Assembly (NCBI GenBank): GCA_951804945.1
Contig: OX638156.1
Span: 35,340,001 to 35,404,000, forward strand
From: Podarcis cretensis
Lineage: Eukaryota
DNA length: 64,000 nt
Reading direction: 5' to 3'
A model generated the notes under the pieces. The model was not told where the DNA came from. It was given only the letters and a program-made list of their open reading frames with translations, and searched no databases. The position numbers and the translations under genes are program-made. Positions 1-19,000 of this stretch are shown here, one piece after another (the stretch's first letter is position 1; every line of letters starts with the position of its first letter).

Positions 1-14
1 CCTTCCAAAGGCAG

Positions 15-256
15 CCTCACACGTGGCCGCTCAGCTGAGAGCGCGCAGGCGCAGCTAAGCCGCTTCGCGTTCCCCTTTCAACCCTCGCGTCCCCCAATCG
101 GCAGCAAGTACTCCCCTCGCTGTTCCGAGGCTATTGGGCGACAGGGACGCCATACAGGGACGGGACCGGGAGCGCGGGCCAATGGGAAGCCCGGCAGGGG
201 GCGGGCCCTCTCCGCACGCCTTCTCCGGGGTCAGGCGGCAAAGGAGGATCGCGGCG
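15..256 (+). promoter_or_regulatory. AK2 CpG-island promoter / 5' region
   Basis: CpG-rich; E-box CACGTG 20-25, NRF1-like GCGCAGGCGCA ~43-53, CCAAT/ATTGG boxes at 94-98, 133-137 and 179-183, GC box ~197-206; no TATA. Confidence 0.7.
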
Positions 257-8581
<8,325 letters not shown>

Positions 8582-8767
8582 GGCTCTCCTGTCTGATGCT
8601 TCCTTCTCCTTTCCTGTCTTCTGGGGTCTGCAAGAGCAAGCTCCGTAGGAGAGGTGTCAAGCTGCAAGGGAGGAAGGCTGTTTATATACTGTCCATTAAA
8701 CGGAAATGTCGCGCTTCCTCCGATTTGTATGCATATATTTTTTGAAGAGCTTGTGGCTGTGTGCAGG

Positions 8768-8786
8768 TGGCCTGCAGGGGGCGCAG
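8768..8786 (+). promoter_or_regulatory. CTCF-like motif
   Basis: TGGCCTGCAGGGGGCGCAG closely fits the CTCF core consensus; binding not shown. Confidence 0.55.
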
Positions 8787-11465
8787 CGGCTTCACGCTCC
8801 GCTTTCCAGAACCTGGGAACTAGGCTGCTGCGCCTGTTCAGTCAAAAGTGAAAGCGCTCTGCTACTCATCTTGGCGACAGGGTTAAACTGGAAAATTGCT
8901 GCCACTTCTCCTGTTCCGCCTACATGTCGGGTGGCCTGGTGCGATGTTGTAGGAGTTCTGAAGGTCACAAACTAGCGGCTGTGGGCGGGAAGCAAAGTTG
9001 CTGGCTGGCCTTGTCCTGAGTCCTTGGCTCTAAAACTGCAGGAAATTAAATGCCATGTCAGCTTAAAGAGGGGGTGTGCAAAAGCAGCACAGATGTGTGC
9101 ACCTGTGTGAAGAGACATGGGCACATCCTGTTCTTCCACGGGCCAAGCGGAAACTCTACAACCAGCACATCACTGGAAGTGCGGTGCATATCCCATACTT
9201 CTACAACTTCATGATGAAAGCCTGAAATAGGAAGCCCATATGTGGAAGCATCTACTCTGCATAACTTCTTCATAAGTTTTGTGTGTGTGCTTGTGGCTTA
9301 GTATATTAATGTACAAGCCATAACTTGCATAAGATGGCAAAATGAGGACTGGTTTGACAAGGTGAGAATGCAGACGGAGGGTTCCTAGGCTTTGTGCTGA
9401 ATTGTGCCACCGTGGGGCAAAGGTGCAAGACAATCAACACTCCCTCCCATTTACCTTCCTCTGGCAGGTTAGCAGTGGCGCCAGAATGTGGGCCAGATTG
9501 TATTTGTGGTGAAGAAACTGAAAACCCACTTAACAATGGTCTGGCAGAGCCTGGATGCTGTTGCCCTGTATTACTGGCACACTTAATTTATTCATGAGAA
9601 TTGACTTTGTATTCCGCTAAGGCAGCCTTTTTCAACCTGGTGCCCTCCAGATGGTGTGGACTGCAACTCTCAGCATGGCTGGAACTGATGCGAGTTGTAC
9701 TCCAAAATAACATGGAGGCAAGGGGCACCAGGCTGGGGAAGGCTGGCTGGAAGTGAGCCTGTTCTTGCCTTTCAGTGAGGTGATCTGGAAATGGAGCCCC
9801 TGCTCTCCCCTTTGCAATCTTGCTTTGAAGCAGCCTTGTTGTTCTCATTCAAACTTGACCTGCCTTTGTGATATGCTTGAGATGCACTTGAGTTTTCTTG
9901 AGACGAGCGGCAATGTTGCTGGCGTGCAGAGGGTGGGGGAGGGATCTCTGATTTCATAATGTGCTTCCATCTGCGGGGCTCATCATGCCAGCTTACAGCT
10001 ACATTGCTCGCCTTCACCTGGCTCTTGTGGCTGCCGGGGTCTTTTCCTGTGTTTTGCTGCAGCACAATAAAGGTGCAAATTCTAGCATGCATGGATGTTG
10101 CTGCCTAACTCTGGGGTCACATTTATATCTGCCAGTTAGCCTCACAACCTTCCAGCTCTCTTGTCCTTGTGTATGTGTAGCTGACTTGATAGATCAGGGA
10201 CTGTAAAGTATAGAGTGCCCTTGGCGGGTGGGTGTGGGGGGAGGGAAGTCATTGTGCCTGTCCACTGACCTGTGTCCTTGTCTTTTTCCACTTCTCTCTT
10301 TTTATCCTTCCTTTAATTGTTCTTACATTGTTCTTAAATGCATTTTTGTTCCCAAATGACTCTTCTGAAAGACCTGTGCTCCTCTTTTGATTAAATAGGC
10401 TGAAATAGTATTTCGCTGCGGAAGGATCGCAGCAGTGAGAAGAACACTTTAACCCATTGAACTGCAGAGTATATTGAGAGGCATTTTGCAGCTTTGAAAA
10501 AAAGAAAATTCACAATGGAAATTATGTAGTTTAGTCGAAAATATTTGCTTGTTTGATGGCCTGATAACAGTCCTGAAATCTAAATTGCCTTGTCTCACTA
10601 TATTATCTGATGGCACTGGGGAGACATACCATTCTCACCCCTCAAAATGTTTTGTTTTGTTTTTGTAAAGTTTTTCTCAGAACAGATGTTTGATGGTATT
10701 TTCTCATGGGATTCAAAAGAATGGGACTTGATTACACCTTCTCAAAATGGTGATTTATTGAAAAGAGAATCTCTTTCCAAGAGGAGGCCCATTTCACAGA
10801 ATTTGTGATTTTAAAAAGACCCATTCATCCCATGGGGTTGCAACCCTTTCCCGTTTGCAACCAACCTATGGCTGCTCTTGCCTTAATCTCTTATTCAAAC
10901 AGAGAACTCAGGTGCTTAGGTTTCTGGGGGCACAGATTGCGTGGCTTTGCTTGGAGATGGATGCAACTGAATCAAGCTTGCAAATCACCTGGTCTGAGGC
11001 TTGCTTTTGTTGCCGTCTCTGAGACACTGATGGTGCCTTGTTAGTTTAAGATTATGAACAATCCCTTGAGCGTAAGCAGCTTTGGTCTGTACACTGGGAA
11101 TCCTTTGAGGCCTTCTAAAGGAAGGCCGTTATAATCTAATAGTGAAGGGAGAGCTAGTTTTCCTGTAGGGGATGGAGGTTTTATTAAGAGAGCCTAAGAA
11201 CAAGAACTTCCCAACAAGGACAGGCCAGTCCATTTAGCTCCATTGCAGCTGCCAGTCCGTTCGCCACCCACCATCATCCTTATTGCTCTTTTGTTTTAAT
11301 TTGCATTGCAAGCTACCCTGGGATAAATATTATGAAGGGCAATACACAAGTGTGTTAAATACCCCCTCCTTGATTTCGTATCCCCCCTCTGTCTGCCATA
11401 AAGAAGTATTCCTTTTGAGTTCTTAAGGACCATTTCTCTTTTTTTATATTTTGTCTTCATTTCAG

Positions 11466-11473
11466 CCGCATGA
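11466..11473 (+). CDS. AK2: AK2 alternative terminal exon 7, coding part (AK2B-type, ...FSKATSA*)
   Basis: Strong pyrimidine tract then ttcag|CCGCATGA; joins the internal donor CAT|GTAAAG at 8555/8556 to read TCC GCA TGA, like mammalian AK2B ...KATS*. Confidence 0.75.
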
Positions 11474-12209
11474 ATCCAGGAGGTGGACGAGACAGGACAG
11501 AACACGATCGAATGCTGCATGTTCATCACCCTCACCCTTTTGCCCTCAAGCCAAGGGGGCAAAGGAAGGGAGGGCAAGGAAAGGGGCAGGAAGCACAAGG
11601 GGTAACTTGACAGGAATTTTGTTTTAAGAAAGTCAAACCAGAATTTAGGGAGGAAAATGTGTACTGTATTGTGTTGAAATGGGCTTGTAAAGGCTGGATA
11701 TCACCATAGCTCTGACTCTAGACAGTTGCATTGTAAAAATTTAACTTGGCAGGGAGGGGAAGCTATCTTGGACCCAGTTGTTTTTCCCTGGATGGCCCCA
11801 GTGATTTAGGAAGTTCACTGGAGGCACAGCGCAGAAATTAGCAGACTATGCACTGCAAGAAATCTGCTCAAAGGCTTCTCTAAGCCCAGGAGTTCCAGCT
11901 GTGCACAAGTCCTTGTTTCTGCTGTGCCTTTTCTCCACGTAGCCTCCACTTGGGGTGGACAATTTTGGCCTCAGGTATAACGGCTCTTTCAATCACTCCC
12001 GCTGCAGAGATGCTGCAGAATTCCTGCATCAGCAATTGGCATCTGAAGTCGTCACCTTCTGGACGGGGCAGTGCTGCCTGCTTTACTGTTCAGCGTAGTA
12101 TTCACTTAAATATCGAAAGATCAGAACCAAGAACACTCCCCCTGCCCTCAAACAACTGCAGTTTCCAGTTCTTTTACTTGCCATCCTTTTAGGGCCCACC
12201 TGCTGCTTC

Positions 12210-12215
12210 AATAAA
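12210..12215 (+). terminator. Poly(A) signal for the AK2B-type transcript
   Basis: AATAAA followed by U/GU-rich sequence. Confidence 0.6.
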
Positions 12216-14779
12216 ATGGCTGTCACTTTTGTACCTGAACAATTTTGTCCCTTGATTTTGGGTGTGGGGAACTGTGGGAGGCTGGTTGCAGCAATAGGCT
12301 CAAGTTCTTTGTGACGTGTTTCTCTTGCAAAGTCTCAGGTCCTGCACAGGCTTCAGGGAAGATTTAAACCCCGATAGCAACCTGAACCCTGAAGAGAGAA
12401 ACCAGAAGGATAAACCACAGCCAGCTGTGTTCTAAGTGGGGGGTGGGGCAGGAAAGGAAGTAATGATACTTCAAAGAGAAAATTTAACTTGGGGCTTGCA
12501 GATAGCAAGGTCTGTGATCCTAGCTGTGGGCAGGACAGGACTTGTCAAGTGTCCACATGTTTGTCTGTGCTTCGCTTTCAGTGGTGGAGGTACTGATGTT
12601 CTGAATAGCGATGGCTGTGGAATGTCAGCTGGGGAGAGCGCTGTTGCACACAGGTCCTACTTGTGGGCTTCCCAAAGGCATCTGGTTGGCCACTGTGAGA
12701 AAAGAATGCTGGACACTTGCAGCACACTTGCAGAAAGGAAAACCTCAGCTCATTGAGGCTAGGAATTGGGCTCTTCCCCACCTGACAGCTTTATCAGTGG
12801 GATTTTATTTATACTTTTTATAAAGTCTCCCTAAGCTCAACCTCATCTATGTTCATTCTACTAGAGTAGGGTGCTAAAAATTTACAAACAGAAATTTTTG
12901 GTTGAATAATCGACTGCCCATTAATTTAAATAAATATCCATCCCCATACAAGGAAAAGCTCCGTTCAGGTTGGCCCATGGAGTGTCTGGATTTGTGGCTG
13001 AAGAAGAGAAGTGGCATATGCATTGCATTAAGTGTCCATGTTGGTTTTTATTTGTATTGTTGCCTGTATCTCTTTTATAAAATGCAATATATAAGAAATA
13101 AAGGAAGCAATACAAATACAATTAAGAACAATATGGCATTTAGCACAGCATATTACACTTGCTAAAACTATCTGCCAAGACCCTCAGCGATGTTCAGGTG
13201 GTCTGTGGGGAAAAGGTTTGGGAACAACTGCACTAAACACCTTCCAGAAGTATTGCAAGACCTCCATATTGGAGTAGACCTTCAGGGCTCAGCTTACGCT
13301 GGAAAAGGGTGGGAAATTTCTTACTGAAATAGGCGAAAACTTATTTCTGGCTTTTTGTTGCCTGCTCAGAACCCAAAGGGTTGGGTTTGGTAGTGCAAGA
13401 AGCAATATTTGCCCAAATATCCCCTTGTATATATATCTCTCCCAGGCACAAGGTTGCTTCCATGCAGTTTCCTCTGGAACTCATGGTTTATTCATTATTA
13501 CAGAAAGTCCCCCACTGGGCTGGGGGCTGCAAGTCTATAACCTGAGGCTGGAGACTGAAGCTGAATGGTAGAACACACTTGAAGACCTTTATGCAAATTT
13601 GATTCCATGTGTCTATTAGGTGTCCAGATCTTACGAGTTCTAGTGAAAAAACAAGTGATGTTTGAACAGATGAACAGGGAGCTGCTGGTCCAGACCCTCA
13701 CCCAGGAAAGGAGATGCAAACTCCAGGGTTCACCTTGTAGTTCCCAGAGACAGAGAGAAATGCACCTTCTGTCATGGCATCTCAAGAACAATAGGTCCCC
13801 AGTTCCTTGGTTTCTGCTGGTGCTTCCTGTGCAGGGCAAGTGCTCCCAATAGGATTTACAAGCTTTGGAACCTATGGGAGCAGATGATCTAGGCTTCTGG
13901 TTTTCACTGTGCATAGAAAAACTGACACTAGAGGACAAGTGTCTAAAGGGCATTTGTCATGCATGTATAATTACACACACAGAGAACATAATAAAGTTGT
14001 GTCTGGCTATAAATACAAATCAAGCAGCCAGAAATGGAGGAAGCTGCAACAAGTAACTTAAAGAAACTGAAAGATCTTGGTCATTTGGGATTTCATCATG
14101 CAAAATGAGGCTCCCTTACCTGGAGCAGCTTGAGACTTTTTGGCTCTTGTCACGACTACAGGCTTATCAAGAGCTAAGGATGGTGATCCTCGGAGCTGTA
14201 GTTTTTAAAGGGTTCTGAGAGTTGTCAAGGTCCCCTATTTTGCTCCCAGAATTACAATTCTCTGAGTTCTCTGGGTTTGTTAAATCACCCTGGAAACTGT
14301 AGCTCTTTGAGGGGAACAGGGGGCTTGGAGATGCCAGGGCTAGAATCTGTGCCTTCTACATGCCAAGCATGTGCTTTGCTATTGCCCATATGTTGAGGAT
14401 TGTGCCCTACACCCTTTGTCAACTAGAGGGGCAAAATTAGGGGCTTGGGGTGGCAGCTGGAACGTGTGGCATTTAGAAAACCTACTTTAGCGCCCCCACC
14501 AAAAAAAGGCGTTGGAGCCAGCTAGAGTTGTTTGATGCTATTCCTCAACCTGAACATCTTCCGGCCCAGTATTTATTTTATAAGACTTATACACTGTCTT
14601 TTTTGTGGGGGGAGGCAAATCAAAGGCAAAAATAGCAGAGGCTCACATGAACTCTGCACACACAGAGAAACAAGGCTTTGCCTGCCCACCCTCTGAGACT
14701 GAGAGCGCCTCACGAGCCTTCCTTATGGACCTTCACTCTCTATGAGCAGCTCGTAGGCTCAAAGCACAACGCCTGCATT

Positions 14780-15116
14780 ACATGTAATTACATAAAATAC
14801 ATTGGTTCCTAAGTCGCCTTCCCCCGCTTGGGACGCATGCGCATTGCGAAAGGAGCAGACAGCTTGGGTAAGGAAAGCGAGTTGTGTGGAGCTGACGCGC
14901 CTGCGCCTGCGCAGCCGGAGCTGGAAGGCCGTTGGCGGCGGTTGGGTTACCTCAGCAGTCAGTCAGTGGGTCGGTTGGTCGGGCCATCGGCCGCGCATGC
15001 GCTCTCTCCTCCCCCCGCCTCACTCCCCTTTCTCTCTCGTTTCACCTCAGAGGAGGCGCAGAGTCGAGCGGGCGACGCTGCCGCCGCTTTCTCCGGCTGT
15101 CCGCCTCTCCTTCGCG
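14780..15116 (+). promoter_or_regulatory. RNF19B CpG-island promoter / 5' UTR
   Basis: CpG island; NRF1-type GCGCATGCGC/GCGCCTGCGC motifs at ~14834-14843, 14897-14912 and 14992-15002. Confidence 0.7.
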
Positions 15117-15940
15117 ATGGGCTCAGAGAAGGACTCGGAGTCGCCGCGCTCTACCTCGATCCACGCGGCTGCCCCGCCGGCCAAATGCCCCAAGAGCGGC
15201 TCAGGACAAGCAGGAGGCGGCAGAGGCACCGGCGGCGGAGGAGGTGACGGCAACAGCGGCAGTAACAGCGGCACCAGCCGGGGCCGCCGCCGCCTCCTCA
15301 GCTTCCAAAGCGTCTTCTCGGCCGCCGCCTCGGCCGCCTCGTCCTCAGCCTCCGGGGCCGGAGTCCGCCGCCGCCGGAAGGCCAAGGCCAAGCCAGAGCC
15401 GCCTCAAGCCAAGCCCGCCCCGGTGGTGGAGGCGGTGGCGGCGGCGGCGGCGATCGCCAGCCCCACCGCAGCATCAACCCAGGCCACTCCGCCGCCGCCC
15501 TCATCGCCGCCGCCGCCACAGCCTCCTCCTGCTCCTTCGGCTGCGGTTACCGGGGAGGGCGATGCCGCCGCCGCCGCCGCCACCTCGTCTTCGTCGTCGT
15601 CTTGTGGTGCGGAGTGCGAGGAGGGCGGCGAGGAGTCCTCCCCGTCGGAGCTGGAGTGCCCGCTGTGCCTGGTGCGGCAGCCGGCGGGCAACGCGCCGCG
15701 CCTCCTCTCCTGCCCGCACCGCTCGTGCCGCTCGTGCCTCCGCCAGTACCTGCGCATCGAGATCACCGAGTCGCGCGTCAACATCAGCTGCCCCGAGTGC
15801 AGCGAGCGCCTCAACCCGGCCGACATCCGCCTCCTCCTGCGCGACTCGCCCCACCTCGTCGCCAAGTATGAGGAGTTCATGCTCCGCCGCTGCCTGGCCG
15901 CCGACCCGGACTGCAGGTGGTGCCCGGCCCCGGACTGCGG
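15117..15940 (+). CDS. RNF19B: RNF19B exon 1 (coding part)
   Basis: Low-complexity N-terminus plus RING1; donor CGG|GTGAGA. Confidence 0.95.
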
Positions 15941-15980
15941 GTGAGAGAGAGCAAAGGCAGGGGCAGGAGGAAGGACACGC

Positions 15981-16021
<41 letters not shown>

Positions 16022-19000
16022 TAATAATAATAAGTAAAAACAGCAGCTGCTACTTTGGTGGCCGTTATGGGAAGTAAATTGCTTTATCTGCATTAGCCTG
16101 CTGTGATCTTTACAACAACCCTGGAAAGGTTGGCCGGTTTGGATCTTGCCCCCCATGTTACAGATAGGGGTGGGTGAGGTCCAGACAGCACCACCTAGCG
16201 GGCTCTTGCCAGTGGGGGACATTAAACCTTAGAACAGCATGATTCCAAGCTGCTTAGTCCTGCACCAATTCAGAGCGAAAGCAAGCCAGTACTTCGATTG
16301 GGGCCAGCCATGATTGGCAGGGTGTGTACCAGGTTTCAAGGTTCACGGACGGGCATGCACTACTAGGGAGAGAACTCTTTTTAAAGGTCATGTCACTGAG
16401 CCCTAGCTGCAGTTTAAAGTTTAAAGGTGCAGGGGAGGTGCCTTTGCATTGACTAAATATTGTCTTTGTAGCCAAGCCAATGTTCTGTACCAGCTCAATA
16501 CATGGTGCATTAGAGTGAAATGAGCAAAAATGGTATGTCACTCTGCCATCAACAGTTTACAGTTTAAAAGTGGATAGTTTAGAGAGAAAATGGCAAAGTG
16601 ATGGAAATATAAGAAAAAGGGGTGTGAAGAGCATCCTCTGGCTTTTTTCTGTTGGGGATAAGGGCTTTGGGAATTAAGCCCAGAGGCTTTGTGGGAGAGG
16701 TGGTTTTTGCAGATTTTATATTCTTGTTTAGTTCACACACTGCTGCTTCATTTGGGAAATAGTGCATAATTGTGTCTATAGTTCATATCTCACCTGCCAT
16801 GAACAGTCATAGCAAGCCATTTAGCTTTAGCCCCTTATCTGCAATAAAGTTAACATCATTATTTTATATTTTTTCCAACTTGTAGGAGTGTTTGAAAAAC
16901 ACCTGAACACTAAGAACATTGTATGCAGTAATAAGTATTGTATTTTTAACTACTGTTCACTTATTTTATTTTATTAAGTTTCTATCCTGCCCTTCCTCTG
17001 AAAGGAGCCCAGACTGCTCCATGTTCCTATAGAAATTAAGTGTAGTACGGGGAATGTTGCTTCAACAATGGTGCCTCATCTGACTTTTTCTGTCCAGAGG
17101 GAGACAAGTAAGTGCCCTGTTCCCAAACTGCTCACACTGTCTCTTTCAATATCCATGGGGAAATGGTGGCAAACAGCAGAATTTTTTAAGACTAAAGCAT
17201 TGCTGATCAAGTGCATGCAGTGCACCAGCAGGACTATGTCCAGCAATGAAGTGTCAATTTGAATGCACTTAGCTTCTTCCAGTCATTCGCAGCCCTTATT
17301 AAAGGAGTTTCTCCAATCTCATTAAGGCAGCTACTTTTGCTGCCTAATGGTTATAATTTTGCAAAGGAATAGGTGTGAGTGAAAGTGAAAATGAAAACAA
17401 AACTTTCATTATCAGGTACTTTGGAAGTGCCAAAGATGTGCTAGAACCTGCGTTAAGTATTTAAAAACCAGCAAATCAGCATATACATTCCTCATAGAAT
17501 TGTAGTCTAAACCTTTAGAGGACCCAGGGAGCTGCATCTCTTGAGTAAACACTTTCTTTACAGGGCTTGGGTAATACTGAACACGGTCACAGTGTAGGAA
17601 GGGAAATAGGATGTATGTATAAGATCAGTTATCTTGGTGCAGACTGAAAACACGTGGAAGACACAAACTTTACAAGATCAGTATATCTTGTAAAGTTTGA
17701 GGTGTTTATTAAGGACTGTCTTTCCCTCTGTAAATGGAGGGCTACACATAAGTAATGGAGGGAAGCACATGTATGTGTAAACAAAACTAACTGCATTTAC
17801 AAGGATTTGTGCCTCTAGAAATTTATTAAAGGGCAGACTATAATGAAACAGTTCACTCTATGCTGTGGCTATCAAATCCTCAAGAGGAATACTTATATGA
17901 AATGGAAATGCTATCTCAAACACTTTGTGTTGGCATGTAAAGATAAGCTGGGATCTCTGGGTTATAGTGGTTTAGCATGAACGAGTAGTACCTGCTGCTT
18001 GATTGATCCCACATTTCTCCTCCCCAGTACAAGGAGCATAAACAAACCTAAGAAACCATGAGTGGTGGTGGTTAGTAATAAACTGCCCTTCTTCAAAAGA
18101 CCTTAACAAATCTTAAGCTGTGGTTTATTGTTACCTTGTAGACTATGACTTGTTGGTCTCAGTAATAGAGGAGGGGTGGCCCATCAAGAGGGAAGATAAT
18201 GTGTCAGACAGCTGTGGAAAGTCCCAGTTTATGGTGATCTAGATACTCCCAAATCATTCTGTGGCTTGAATCCTTGGCAAGGACTGGCTGGCACTGCTGA
18301 TGGTAGTTAATTAACTAGGTCCTGCAGTGAGGTGTGAATTGTACTTTGTGTCATTCCTGTCTACTTAGTTGCAGGTAGACTTTGCTCAGAATCGTTTTGT
18401 CAGTAAAATTTATTTTCCTGAGAATCTTCTTTAAGTATTAATGAACATTTATAGATGTGGGGTTGATGTTACAGATGAGGAGGAGTGGGTGATCCTTGGA
18501 AGTAGGGGCAGGGGGAGTTTGATTTGAAATTTTCTGATCACAAGTGTTGCATGTATTTCAGGTTTGTGGTGGGATTTTTTTTACTGAAAAGTTCCTGTTT
18601 CTAAAATGCCAGGGAATTGTGGGTCTTTCCCAGCCCCTCTGTATGCTGAGAAGTTCAGCAGCCTTAAGCTATCCTTTCACAATAGTGGAGGAAACTGTAA
18701 ACAATGACTTTCAGTAAGAACAGAAACTTGCACATTCTGGTAAGAAAGTATTTTATGTATGGGGATGCAGGTGGTGAAATGTTGAATCATTGTGATTCAA
18801 CATCCAGTTGGGTAACTGGGAAATGGCCTAGCCTTTGGCAGTTACCATAGTCAGAATGAGATTTGAGTAAGTCTTGTTTTACTTTCACTTCTGTTTTCTT
18901 TTAAATCAGCCTCCCAATGTTTCTCTTAAGACAGCATGGAAAGTACAAGCAATGATTCTTTAAGTTGTCCTTTAGAACATTCATCTTAAAACATGGGGTA

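Noticed and set aside
14802-16222. Long alternative-frame and antisense ORFs (350 aa, 272 aa) and a 105-aa extension upstream of RNF19B
   Set aside because: Expected from stop-poor GC-rich triplet repeats; no domain content; the conserved start is MGSEKD at 15117
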